This document shows positions 53,029-63,879 of a stretch of 64,000 bases of DNA, one piece after another. Position 1 is the stretch's first letter. Each line of letters starts with the position of its first letter. Below the pieces are notes generated by a model, which saw nothing but the letters and a program-made list of their open reading frames with translations, made no database searches and was not told the DNA's origin. Origin of the DNA: an uncultured Verrucomicrobiae bacterium (GTDB lineage: Bacteria; Verrucomicrobiota; Verrucomicrobiia; Limisphaerales; Palsa-1400); the NCBI GenBank assembly GCA_963707025.1, contig CAVPOM010000012.1:288001-352000 (forward strand). The letters are read 5' to 3'. Made by a program: the position numbers and the translations under genes.

Positions 53029-54384
53029 TCAGTTGCCGCGCCGGGCGCCGGCTGCGATCCGGCTCGCGCGACCAGGAGGCGCTACAGCGCCGCCCACGAC
53101 ACCGCCTGCGCCCTGGCCCGGCGCTCCCGCCCTGCCAGGAGCGGCCGGCGCCGCGGGCACCAAGTCGTTCATGGCGAGGGTGAGGTTGGTTTGGATGTTG
53201 GGGTAGGTCTCGGTGATCGTGCCGGTCATTTTGGACATTCTTTTGACCGCGGCGATCTCCAGCAGCGTCGGCTCCTTGCCATTGTTCATCGTCTTCATTT
53301 GCTCCTTGATTTGGGCGTCGTCCATGGCCGCCGGGCCGGATTTGCCATCCATCACCACCTGGGTTTGGGCGATGAGAAAGGAACTGCGGTTGACCCAGAC
53401 CAGCACATTCTGCAGTTTGACCGTTCCGGCCAGCACATAACAAAATTTGCCGTCCAGTTTCTCGTCCGTATTGCGCGTCCATTCCAGACCGGCTTTGCCC
53501 AAGCCCTCGCCCGTCTCCCCGATAAAAAGATCAACTATGTCGCCCACCCCCACGTTGACCCCGCCGTTAAAGCTGCTGAACAGGGCGTTGTGGGATGGCA
53601 TCCGGGTGCGGCGATTGTTGCCCTGGAGAAAATCCCCGTTGCCAGTGAACCAGCCGGTCACGGTGATGTTGCTCGCTCCCACCGGGATGGCATAATCAAT
53701 GCGAAAACTGGACGGCTTGCTCATCTTCAGCGTCAGGTCGGCGGTGACGGTTTGCGGGCCGGCCGCGGCCAGGGCCGGACTGATCGCCGACATGTCCAGG
53801 ACGGCGATGGTTTTGCCAGTGGAACTGAAACTGGGAATCTCCTTGTACACCCCGGCCACCTTTTCCATAATCTCCGAAGCGGTCAGTTCCGGCGGCGCCG
53901 GCGGCGGCGGAGGAGGCTGGTTGGCGGCGGCGATTTCGGCGGCGGACGGACCGCGCCAGGATTTCCATTTGGCCTTCAGCCAGTCCCGGTTTAAAAAAGC
54001 CGACACCCCAATCAGCGCGACCGCGGCCAGGGCGAAGATCAGGCCGGAGTAGGATTTCTTGGGTTTGCGCGCCAGGTGCGCCTGAAAAAGGGCCGAGCCT
54101 TGCTGGTCCGGCTCGACCACAGAGGCGGGGGCGTGCCCCGGCTGGGAACCCAAGGCGGAGACGGACAGTCTGGCCACCTTGGGCGGGGCGGGAGGCGGGG
54201 GCATGCCCGGAGGGGTGGCAATGGCGATGCTGGATCGGACCGGCTCGGCCGGCGGGGCGGACGGGTTGGCGGGAACCACAATCGGCGCCTGGCAGGCCGG
54301 ACAGTTAATCTGGTGGCCGACGTAATCGTCGTTGGCCGACATACGCTGTCCGCAAGCCGGACAGGCAAATTTAAAATCGCTCAT
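53029..54384 (-). CDS. Zinc-ribbon + Pro-rich linker + TM + periplasmic LolA/DUF2092-like domain protein
   Basis: CPACGQ...CPAC, one TM, LKMSKPSSFRID, LVWVNRSSFLI. Confidence 0.65.
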   Translation of the reverse strand: MSDFKFACPACGQRMSANDDYVGHQINCPACQAPIVVPANPSAPPAEPVRSSIAIATPPGMPPPPAPPKVARLSVSALGSQPGHAPASVVEPDQQGSALFQAHLARKPKKSYSGLIFALAAVALIGVSAFLNRDWLKAKWKSWRGPSAAEIAAANQPPPPPPAPPELTASEIMEKVAGVYKEIPSFSSTGKTIAVLDMSAISPALAAAGPQTVTADLTLKMSKPSSFRIDYAIPVGASNITVTGWFTGNGDFLQGNNRRTRMPSHNALFSSFNGGVNVGVGDIVDLFIGETGEGLGKAGLEWTRNTDEKLDGKFCYVLAGTVKLQNVLVWVNRSSFLIAQTQVVMDGKSGPAAMDDAQIKEQMKTMNNGKEPTLLEIAAVKRMSKMTGTITETYPNIQTNLTLAMNDLVPAAPAAPGRAGAPGQGAGGVVGGAVAPPGRASRIAAGARRGN

Positions 54385-54590
54385 AGTTCAAGCCACCACC
54401 ATGAGACCTGGGCCGCAATCGGTTCCCTCTGGTTTCGGGGTGAGAGGTGCGTGCATATGAAACTCGTTTTCGCGCCGCATTGCAAGTCTGCTCTCCAGGA
54501 CAATGGTTCTTCGCTGGTTTCAGTGGATTGCTTCCGCCAGGACAACCGCTGGAAGCAGCGCAGGGTCCGCTCGCGACCATTGCTCGGAAA

Positions 54591-54743
54591 CAGCCGTTAC
54601 ATCGTTACACACATTGGGTATGACGGTGAAGTCAAGCGGAAGGGGACCATTGCTCCGTTACAGCCGTTACATCGTTACACCTGTTGCACCACAAGCACTT
54701 ACGCATTTTAGAGCCGTTACACCCCCGTTACATGCCGTTACAT
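54591..54743 (-). repeat. Third TGTAACGG/dif-like-core element plus a partial copy
   Basis: Minus strand tgtaacggcatgtaacgggggtgtaacgg...cgtaagtgcttgtggtgcaac...tgtaacgatgtaacggctgtaacgg. Confidence 0.75.
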
Positions 54744-54910
54744 CTTCGGAGGTGTTAAAACACCCGTGCTTTGTCCAATATTGCCGGTAACCCCTTCCAG
54801 CGCTGCCGTTTCCATGAGGACGGCCAGGCGGCGCTCGTGCTGCACGGCCGCCAGTTCAGCCCGCGCCTCACCTCCCTGCCGTCGCCCACCATCGCGGCCA
54901 GGGGAATGGG

Positions 54911-55001
54911 AAATTATAAATTATAAAGGATAAATTATGAATGAAGGAATGCGCGGAGGGGAGGGGGGTGACGGGAAAGGCAAAATGATAAATGATAAAT
55001 G
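54911..55001. repeat. AT-rich heptamer tandem repeats (AATTATA/AATGATA)
   Basis: aaattataaattataaaggataaattatgaatgaa and aaaatgataaatgataaatg. Confidence 0.6.
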
Positions 55002-55248
55002 GCAAGAAGGCTGGCGCAAGGGCAGTGGGGCGCGGTTTCTCAGGGCGGTCGCATCGCGCGGGCGTCATGGTGAGAGGGCATACCGGGCCTTTATAGACCC
55101 ATCTATAACCAAATGATTTACAGGCTATTACGCATTTTATTGGACAAAACCATGGTCTGACTCCTTTGATAAAATATGACAATACCATTAACTGACCCCT
55201 TTATATGGGCAGGCGCAACGGGGCGTCGCCAGACGGTTCAACCCGGTT

Positions 55249-55542
55249 GTGTGCCTCTCAGTCCATCGCAAGGCCCGCATCGGCAACCCGGATATGGCGC
55301 GGGCCACAACCAATCATGCGGAGAGAACGAATCTATCTGTGCGCCTCTTTAATCGCCGGTTCACCCGCAAGACGATGGGATTCAGCCGGAAACTGGCAAA
55401 TCACCGCTGGTCGGTCATCCTGCAATCGGCGCACTTCAACTTTTGCCGGGTCCATTCTGCCCACAGGCAAACCCCGGCAATGGCTCTTGGACTGGCGGAC
55501 CATGTTTGGACGGTGGAGGAATTGCTGGGCACTCCGGTCTAA
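55249..55542 (+). pseudogene. C-terminal remnant of an IS1-like DDE transposase
   Basis: TNHAERTNLSVR...RRFTRKTMGFSRK...HFNFCRVH...TPAMALGLADHVWTVEELL. Confidence 0.75.
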
Positions 55543-55559
55543 AACGAATCGCCGTACAT

Positions 55560-56189
55560 TTAAACAGCCACCGGCAATCCCCTTTGCGGACATTCATCCT
55601 CATTGTCAGCTTGCAGGGAAACAACGCGATTAGACATCTCCATTTCTTTTGCGCGAGCAACGGCAAACGCCCGTTGTATTGCAACTTTAACACCCATATT
55701 TGCGGCATTCACGCTAATGCTCACGAGGGAATATAAAGAGGAAATCCACACAATGAGAAAGAAGATAGGGGAAATCAGAAGCATGTGTCGGAAAAAAAGC
55801 AAATCTCGCTCCATTTGAATCTGTCGGAGTTTGTTTTTAAGATTCTCGTCAGCAATAGCGGCGATTTCAATATCAACCTTCGGCGTAAAGGACTTTAGTT
55901 CAATGCCGAGAAGTTTAGAGATCAGCATGGATAGCCAAAAGTGGGAAAATGTGATACGGTGAGCAAATCGAATGCGAGCATTCAGGCTCTGACGCAAAGC
56001 GATGTAAGCTGGAGAATTGAAATTAAGCCCCATTTCCTTTCTCGCCGCCATTTCAAACAAACGATTCCTGACCGGAAAAAGTGATTGGCGGAGCAGGTCC
56101 ACAGCATACCCCTTCCAGCCATACTGCCACAAAACCCACAGCATGAGCAGCCCGAAACATGAATAAAATTGTGTCAGAGCTTCGTTCAT
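55560..56189 (-). CDS. Low-GC hypothetical membrane protein
   Basis: ~209-aa ORF with three hydrophobic segments and AT-rich codons; IS3 lies 12 bp upstream. Confidence 0.6.
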   Translation of the reverse strand: MNEALTQFYSCFGLLMLWVLWQYGWKGYAVDLLRQSLFPVRNRLFEMAARKEMGLNFNSPAYIALRQSLNARIRFAHRITFSHFWLSMLISKLLGIELKSFTPKVDIEIAAIADENLKNKLRQIQMERDLLFFRHMLLISPIFFLIVWISSLYSLVSISVNAANMGVKVAIQRAFAVARAKEMEMSNRVVSLQADNEDECPQRGLPVAV

Positions 56190-56201
56190 AATCTGCTTAA
56201 T

Positions 56202-57679
56202 TGAGGGGGTCCCCAAAAACTAGACCACTGCTGAAGAAGATAGACTTTTGTTGGTCTGCTGGAAATGAGAGAAAGCAGACTGATGAAAACAAAACGGAAG
56301 CGGCACAGTGCGGCCTTCAAGGCCAAAGTGGGATTCGAAGCCCTGGTGGGGCTTAAGACGGTCGCGCAGCTGGCGCGAGAGTACGCGGTGCATCCGACCC
56401 AGGTCACGCAATGGAAAGCGACGATTCGCGACCGGTTGCCCGACCTGTTTGAGGCGGGGCATGCGGGCAGCGCAGACCAGGAGGAGTTGATCGGGCAATT
56501 GCACCAGAAGATCGGGCAGTTGACGGTGGACCTGGACTGGCTGAAAAAAAAATCCAAACAACTGGGCCTTTAAAGAGCCTGGCGGAGTTGGTCGGCCCGG
56601 ATGCGCAGGTGAGCGTGCGGCATCAGTGCGACCTGCTGGATTTATGCCGGAGCAGTTACTATTACCAACCGTGCCCCGAGACGCCGGAGAATCTGGCGCT
56701 GATGCGGCGTTTGGACCAGTTGCACTTGGACCATCCGGTCTATGGCAGCCGCAAGTTGCGGGTGCTGTTGGGCCGGGAGGGCTGGGAAGTCAATCGCAAG
56801 CGGGTGGTGCGGCTGTTGCGGGTCATGGGCATCGAGGCCATCTACCGCAAACCCCGGACCAGCCTGCCGGGGCCGGGCCATCAGATCTATCCGTATCTGT
56901 TGGGCGAGTTGGAGATCACCGGGCCCGATCAGGCTTGGTGCGCGGACATCACCTATGTGCCGATGGCACAGGGGTTTATGTATCTGGTGGCGGTGATGGA
57001 TTGGTGGAGCCGGTATGTGCTGGCGTGGCGCTTGAGCAACACGTTGGAGAGCGCCTTCTGCGTGGACGCCTGGGAAGCGGCGCTGCAGAGCGGGCGGAAG
57101 GCCCCGCTGATCGCCAACACCGACCAGGGGTCGCAGTTCACTTCGCCGCTGTATATCAACGCGGTGGAATCGGCGGGGGTGGACGTGAGCATGGATGGCC
57201 GGGGGCGGTGGATGGACAACCGGTTTATCGAGCGGTTGTGGCGGAGCGTCAAGCATGAGGACATATATCTGCAAGATTACCTGGACGGGATCGAGGCCGG
57301 GCGCGGGCTGGCGCGCTGGTTTGAGGATTACAACCGGTTGCGTCCGCACGCGGCTTTGCACTATGCGACGCCCGCGGCCGTGTATTCTGATCCCGGGGCC
57401 TACGGAGCCCAACCGGCCCGATGGGAAGCGATGCAGCCCAAGGAGGGGCTCGGCAGGCCGGAAAAACTTGAAATCAGACCGCCTGCGGCGGTAAGGTTGG
57501 AAACCCTAAGAAAACGGAGAGGGAGGACGGGCGGTGCCAGGCGCGGCTCGTTCTCTCTTTCGGAAAGGGTTTGGAAGCGCGGAATGAACAACAGACAAAC
57601 AAAAATACAAATGACAGCGGACCTCCAGAGTCTATCTTATTCTCCGCGCTCCGTGGTCTAAAGGATGGGGTCCACCTCA
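56202..57679 (+). mobile_element. IS3-family element A (orfA 56283-56573; orfB via -1 frameshift at the A9 run 56544-56552)
   Basis: TG...CA TIRs (TGAGGGGGTCCCCAAAAACTAGACCAC / TGAGGTGGACCCCATCCTTTAGACCAC); WCADITY, TDQGSQF, DNRFIERLW; no TSD. Confidence 0.95.
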
Positions 57680-57926
57680 GATTACGCGGGTCAGCGGCGG
57701 CCATTCTGTTGTTGGCGTTGGCATTTTCGTACACGTCAAATGCGGCTAATCCAGAGCCTATGACAATCTCAAAAACAATTCCGGCCATTAAAAGCCTCCA
57801 GCCAACTGCTGCCTTTTTCCGTAATTCAGGAGGTAAATGTTCTTCCTTTTTGGCTTCCTCATCGGCTTCCTTTTCAATCCAAAGCCCTAAAAACACAATT
57901 GCACCTCCCATACTAGCCAACATCGG
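57680..57926 (-). pseudogene. Fragment of a low-GC membrane-protein gene between two IS3 ends
   Basis: PMLASMGGAIVFLGLWIEK...WRLLMAGIVFEIVIG, open at both ends. Confidence 0.55.
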
Positions 57927-59420
57927 TGAGGTGGACCCCATCCTTTAGACCACGGAGCGCATGAAATAAGCGCGACTTTTGCCGATTGCTGTCATTACTA
58001 ATTGTAGTTGACTACTGTTCATTCCGTGTTTCAAAACCCTTTCGAAAAGAGAGAACGAGCGATGCGGAGCACTGCCCGTCCTCCCTCTCCGTTTTCTTAG
58101 GGTTCTCAACTCTACCGCCGCAGGCGGTCTGATTTCAAGCCTTTTCCTGCCGCCTGCCTCTCTGTCAAGTGCTGCGATCGCTCCTGCCTCTGGCAGGTTG
58201 CATCGCTTCCCATTTGGCCGGTTGGGCTCCATGCGTGCCGGGATCAAAATACGCGTCCGCCGGCGTCGCATAGCCCAACGCCTGGTGCGGTCGTTCCCGG
58301 TTGTAGCCGTCAAACCACCGGCCCAGTCCGCGCCCTGCCGCCAACCCGTCGCCATAGTCTTGCAAATAAATGTCCTCATACTTGGCGCTCCGCCACAGCC
58401 GCTCGATAAACCGGTTGTCCATCCAGCGACCCCGTCCGTCCATGCTCACGTCCACCCCCGCCGATTCCACCGCATCGATAAACATCGGGGAGGTGAACTG
58501 CGATCCCTGGTCGGTATTGGAAATCAACGGCGCCTGACGCCCCGCCCGCAACGCCGCCTCCCAAGCGTCCACACAAAAGTCCGCCTCCAACGTGTTGCTC
58601 AAGCGCCATCCCAGCACGTAACGACTCCACCAATCCATCACCGCCACCAAATACATAAACCCAGTTGCCATAGGCACATACGTAATGTCCGAACACCAAA
58701 CCTGATCCGGTCCCGTCACTGCCAAATTGCGTAACAGATACGGATAAATCTGGTGCCCCATCTCCCGCAGACTCGTCTTGGGCTTGGCGTAAATCGCCTC
58801 GATCCCCATCAACCGCAGCAGCCGCACCACCCGTTTGCGATTGATGGTCAAACCCTCCCGGCGCAACAGCACGGTCAGTTTGCGGCTGCCATAAACCGGG
58901 TGGTCCAAATGCATCTGGTCCAACCGCCGCATCAGCGCCAGGTTCTCCTCTGTCTCCGGACAGCACTGGTAATAATAACTGCCACGGCACACCGCCAGCA
59001 GCTCGCACTGGCGCCGCACGCTGAGCTGCGGATCGGGAGCGATTAAACATGTTAAAGCCCCAGTTGCCTGGACTTTTTTTTAAGCCAGTCCAAGTCCACC
59101 GTCAGTTGGCCAATCTTCTCATGCAGTTGGGCAATCAACTGTTCCTGATCCTCCGTGCGGGGTTGCCCGGGCTCAAACAATTCGGGCATGTGATCCCGAA
59201 TCGTCGCCCGCCACTGCGTGACCTGCGCCGGATGCACCGCATACTCTCGCGCCAATTGCGCGACCGTCTTCAGCCCCACCAGGGCTTCGAATCCCACTTT
59301 GGCCTTGAAGGCCGCACTGTGTCTTTTCCGTTTTGCTTTCATAAGTCTGCTCTTTCTTATCTACAGCAAACCGGCAAAAATCGAAACTTACCTGTGGTCT
59401 AAAAATAGGGGTCCAGCTCA
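57927..59420 (-). mobile_element. IS3-family element B (diverged relative of A; orfA 59052-59342, A8G slippery site)
   Basis: TIRs TGAGCTGGACCCCTATTTTTAGACCAC / TGAGGTGGACCCCATCCTTTAGACCAC; same DDE motifs; no TSD. Confidence 0.93.
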
Positions 59421-61416
59421 CCTCACTTACCTGCCCTTTAAAGGTCTTAGCCTTTTTACTTTTAAGTTCAATCAAAATGCTTGGGCTAAGCTTGTCCAAA
59501 AATGACCGTAATCGTTCATCAACCGGTTTTGGCTTCTGTTTGTCCAGAAGTTCTTTAGCCCCTTCCGATGTTTTTGTGGCGATTGCAAGATCGTTTGTGG
59601 CTTCGTTGTATTTAGATTCTAATGCAACTACTTTGTTTGATTCAATAACAAATGCCGCATCCGCCGCTTTTTTTGTTGATGCCAATTCCTCGGACTGTAA
59701 AAGAGATAGACGATGGTTCATTTTGGCGTCGGCAACCCATCCAAGAGCTGAGGTGGACCCCATCCTTTAGACCACGGAGCGCGGAGAATAAGATAGACTC
59801 TGGAGGTCCGCTGTCATTTGTATTTTTGTTTGTCTGTTGTTCATTCCGCGCTTCCAAACCCTTTCGAAAAGAGAGAACGAGCCGCGCCTGGCACCGCCCG
59901 TCCTCCCTCTCCGTTTTCTTAGGGTTTCCAACCTTACCGCCGCAGGCGGTCTGATTTCAAGTTTTTCCGGCCAGCCGAGCCCTCCTTGGGCTGCATCGCT
60001 TCCCATCGGGCCGGTTGGCTCCGTAGGCCCCGGGATCAGAATACACGGCCGCGGGCGTCGCATAGTGCAAAGCCGCGTGCGGACGCAACCGGTTGTAATC
60101 CTCAAACCAGCGCGCCAGCCCGCGCCCGGCCTCGATCCCGTCCAGGTAATCTTGCAGATATATGTCCTCATGCTTGACGCTCCGCCACAACCGCTCGATA
60201 AACCGGTTGTCCATCCACCGCCCCCGGCCATCCATGCTCACGTCCACCCCCGCCGATTCCACCGCGTCGATATACAGCGGCGAAGTGAACTGCGACCCCT
60301 GGTCGGTGTTGGCGATCAGCGGGGCCTTCCGCCCGCTCTGCAGCGCCGCTTCCCAGGCGTCCACGCAGAAGGCGCTCTCCAACGTGTTGCTCAAGCGCCA
60401 CGCCAGCACATACCGGCTCCACCAATCCATCACCGCCACCAGATACATAAACCCCTGTGCCATCGGCACATAGGTGATGTCCGCGCACCAAGCCTGATCG
60501 GGCCCGGTGATCTCCAACTCGCCCAACAGATACGGATAGATCTGATGGCCCGGCCCCGGCAGGCTGGTCCGGGGTTTGCGGTAGATGGCCTCGATGCCCA
60601 TGACCCGCAACAGCCGCACCACCCGCTTGCGATTGACTTCCCAGCCCTCCCGGCCCAACAGCACCCGCAACTTGCGGCTGCCATAGACCGGATGGTCCAA
60701 GTGCAACTGGTCCAAACGCCGCATCAGCGCCAGATTCTCCGGCGTCTCGGGGCACGGTTGGTAATAGTAACTGCTCCGGCATAAATCCAGCAGGTCGCAC
60801 TGATGCCGCACGCTCACCTGCGCATCCGGGCCGACCAACTCCGCCAGGCTCTTTAAAGGCCCAGTTGTTTGGATTTTTTTTTCAGCCAGTCCAGGTCCAC
60901 CGTCAACTGCCCGATCTTCTGGTGCAATTGCCCGATCAACTCCTCCTGGTCTGCGCTGCCCGCATGCCCCGCCTCAAACAGGTCGGGCAACCGGTCGCGA
61001 ATCGTCGCTTTCCATTGCGTGACCTGGGTCGGATGCACCGCGTACTCTCGCGCCAGCTGCGCGACCGTCTTAAGCCCCACCAGGGCTTCGAATCCCACTT
61101 TGGCCTTGAAGGCCGCACTGTGCCGCTTCCGTTTTGTTTTCATCAGTCTGCTTTCTCTCATTTCCAGCAGACCAACAAAAGTCTATCTTCTTCAGCAGTG
61201 GTCTAGTTTTTGGGGACCCCCTCAAGCCGCAACTAGTACGAGCCAAATACTTAATTGTCCAAGAACTTGTCCGCGTTTCTCCGGAACCGCCTTATACCAA
61301 ACCACAATCCCGATGATTCCAATTACAACCTCAAGACCCGGCACGAAATAATCGGTAAAATTAACAACGTGCTCGATTTGAGGGACAGAATCCCAAATTA
61401 AGAATGAAGTTAGCAT
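59421..61416 (-). pseudogene. Low-GC two-TM + coiled-coil protein gene split by IS3 C and truncated by IS3 B
   Basis: Removing IS C and one AGC restores the frame ...SIWLVLVAALGWVADAKMNH... Confidence 0.75.
59749..61224 (-). mobile_element. IS3-family element C (near-identical to A), 3-bp TSD AGC
   Basis: Same TIRs as A; AGC at 59746-59748 and 61225-61227. Confidence 0.95.
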
Positions 61417-61883
61417 TTGTTATATCCCAAATTCTTGTGGTCGCTTTAGCCATGTACTTGCTTGGTCGCTATCACCGAACAAGAAAAAGCCGAAAATAGC
61501 TCATTTGACATCCTCAAAATGTGTGCAATGTTCCAATCGCTTTGGGTGCGTAAGTTAATTGGCAAGCTCCGCGTTGCTTACAATCGCGGTTTGGGCGTCC
61601 GAGGCTCATCGCATCCACTTTTTGAACCTGATTATGAGCCTTTTTTACTGCCTCTTTCCGCTTCAAGCAAGGTTTTTCGTATCCAGTCGGACTTGCTCTG
61701 CCGCGCCTGGCGGATTGCCTCGTTGAGTTGCCTTTCCTCTGGCGGGGTGAGCGGGACGGAAACGAAAGCACGCTTCGCATTTAGCCCGGCAATTTTCGGT
61801 CTCCTTCCGGCTCCCGTTCAAGCTGGGCGGGGGCCATTTTTGTTGCCAGATGCCAAGCGGGCGCATCTTGACCCTGCTGCCTG

Positions 61884-61910
61884 GGAGTGCGGCCGTCCTC
61901 GGCCGCAGCA
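61884..61910 (+). repeat. REP-like palindrome; its inverted partner (61967-61985 + 63901-63908) is split by the IS4 element
   Basis: GGAGTGCGGCCGTCCTCGGCCGCAGCA versus GGAGTGCGCCCGTCCTCGGGCGCAGCA (one compensatory pair). Confidence 0.75.
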
Positions 61911-61994
61911 AGCCAGGGCTTGTTTGGGTGCTCAGGAAAATCACCGCCGCGCCGTGTTTCCCAGGCTGCTGCGCCCGAGGACGGGGAATGGCGC

Positions 61995-62342
61995 TTAAAT
62001 AAGACCTAAAACTTTCTTACCCAGCCTCTTACGACGCGGGGGATGCGGGATGGTTTCAAACAAGACCTGACGGCTCAAGCGTTGCATGGCTTTGATGGTG
62101 GCTTGCACCTCCCGCCACTCGGCAATGGCGTCATGGAGCCACTCATATTGTTCTTTGGAGAGAGCGACACTGACCGTTTTGCCTTTGACCTTGCGGGTCC
62201 ACTGATAACAAAGGCCGCCTGCTCCGGGGCCGCGGTCTTGCACGTAGCCCTCGCTGATCCAGCCGGTTCTGGCCAGCCGGTCGCGTAATTGGGCGTATTG
62301 GGCCTGCCATTGGGCTGGCCGGGTTGTTTTGTGAGTCGGCAT
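61995..62342 (-). CDS. Small basic IS-borne accessory protein (DUF6788-like)
   Basis: YQWTRKVKGKTVSVALS motif; inside the IS, divergent from the transposase; stop codon lies in the TIR. Confidence 0.65.
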   Translation of the reverse strand: MPTHKTTRPAQWQAQYAQLRDRLARTGWISEGYVQDRGPGAGGLCYQWTRKVKGKTVSVALSKEQYEWLHDAIAEWREVQATIKAMQRLSRQVLFETIPHPPRRKRLGKKVLGLI

Positions 62343-62367
62343 AAAGAAAAGAGTAGCAGACGTGTCA

Positions 62368-62393
62368 ATAAGGCGGTATATATACCGCCTTAT
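62368..62393. promoter_or_regulatory. Perfect 26-bp palindrome overlapping the transposase start
   Basis: ATAAGGCGGTATA|TATACCGCCTTAT. Confidence 0.7.
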
Positions 62394-63879
62394 GCCCGAC
62401 ACCCCCTTCTTCCCGGCCTGGCGGCCCCGTCTGGCGGCGGCGGGCCGCCGCTGTGCCCACAGCCTGGCGCGCCTCCGTCACGCCACCTTGAGTCAGATCG
62501 AGGACCGCCTGGCTCCCGCCTTGCCCACCGACCTCCTGCGAAAACCGGCCGCCGGCGACTACTCCCGCGAGCAGGTTTACACTCTGGTTCGCACCTGGTG
62601 GTGCTGGGTCTGGCCAGTCTTCCAAGCCAACACTTCCTGCCGCCACGTCGTCCTTCAGGTGCAGGCCCTGCTGGCCTTGGTCCAAGGCCCGGAACCGGAG
62701 CCGGACAGCAGCGCCTATTGCCAGGCCCGCGCCAAACTCCCCCTGGCCTTGCTGGAGCAAGCCTTCGCGGCCAGCGCCGACAGCGCCGAAAAGCGCGCCC
62801 CGGCCAGTACGCTGCTACAGGGCCGCCCGTTGAAAGCGGTCGATGGCAGCGGCACCCACCTGCCCGACACCCCGGCCAATCGGGCGGCCTTTCCCCCCAG
62901 CCAAAGCCTGCAGCCCGGCGGCGGCTTTCCCCACCTGCGCGTGGTGGCTCTGTTCTCCGCCGCCAGCGGCGCCCTTTTGGCCAAAGCCACCGGCAGCCTG
63001 CGCTCCTCCGAACTGGCTCTGTTTCTCCACGGCTTGCGCTCGGCTTTGCACCCCGGCGACATCCTCTTGGGCGACCGCGCCTATGGGGTTTATATTATCG
63101 CCGCCGTCCTCCAACTCCTGGGCGTGGATTTGCTCGCGCGGGTCTCCGTGCGCAACCGCAAGGTGGATTTCCGCCAGGCCCGCCAACGCCTGGGTCACTG
63201 GGACGCGCTCTTTACCTGGTCCAAACCCGGCCGGCCTTCGCCCCTGCTTTCGTTCCTGGAATGGCTCGGACTGCCGCCGCAGATCACGGTGCGGGTGCTG
63301 CGCGCGCGCCTGAGCCGGGCCGGCTTCCGCACCCGCCACCTGACCCTGGTCACGACCCTGTTGGATGCGGCGCTTTTTCCAGCGGAGGAACTGGCGGCCG
63401 CTTATGCCCGGCGCTGGCGCATGGAACTGTGCCTGGACGATCTCAAAACCACCCTGGGCATGCAGAGCCTGCATTGCCTCTGTCCCCGCATGGTGGAGAA
63501 AGAACTCCTGCTCTTCCTCACCGCCCATAATTTCCTGCGCTGGATCATGGCCGAAGCCGCGCAAAGCCAGAACGTGGACTTGGATCGGATCAGTTTCAAA
63601 GGCAGCCTGGACGCCTTCCGGCAATGGACGCAGGCACTGGCACAACTCGGACACGCCCGGAACAAAGGGGGACGGCGCCGCCAATTATGGCAGCGGCTGC
63701 TCCGAAGGCTGGCGACCGATCTGGTGCCCAGGCGTCCGGGAAGAGCGGAGCCGCGCGCTGTCAAGAAACGATCCAAATACCCCCATTTGAACAAATCGCG
63801 GCATCAATACCGCCAGCCCTGGAGCCGCAATAAACGCCGCCGTCTGGCCCGGGCCAAAAGAAAGGCTTCCCTTATTTAA
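62392..63879 (+). CDS. IS4-family DDE transposase
   Basis: SAYCQARAKLP, AVDGS, LLGDRAY, YARRWRMELCLDDLK, RPGRAEPRAVK. Confidence 0.93.
   Translation: MPDTPFFPAWRPRLAAAGRRCAHSLARLRHATLSQIEDRLAPALPTDLLRKPAAGDYSREQVYTLVRTWWCWVWPVFQANTSCRHVVLQVQALLALVQGPEPEPDSSAYCQARAKLPLALLEQAFAASADSAEKRAPASTLLQGRPLKAVDGSGTHLPDTPANRAAFPPSQSLQPGGGFPHLRVVALFSAASGALLAKATGSLRSSELALFLHGLRSALHPGDILLGDRAYGVYIIAAVLQLLGVDLLARVSVRNRKVDFRQARQRLGHWDALFTWSKPGRPSPLLSFLEWLGLPPQITVRVLRARLSRAGFRTRHLTLVTTLLDAALFPAEELAAAYARRWRMELCLDDLKTTLGMQSLHCLCPRMVEKELLLFLTAHNFLRWIMAEAAQSQNVDLDRISFKGSLDAFRQWTQALAQLGHARNKGGRRRQLWQRLLRRLATDLVPRRPGRAEPRAVKKRSKYPHLNKSRHQYRQPWSRNKRRRLARAKRKASLI

Noticed and set aside
55154..55204. ggtctgactccttt / actgacccctttat short direct repeat resembling REP ends
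   Set aside because: Only two short degenerate copies and no RAYT gene; insufficient support
56202..61224. Composite transposon bounded by inverted IS3 A and C
   Set aside because: C has its own AGC TSD and the outer flanks (AAT vs AGC) do not match
61462..61998. 178-aa plus-strand ORF
   Set aside because: No recognisable motifs; it runs through the REP doublet and the IS terminus
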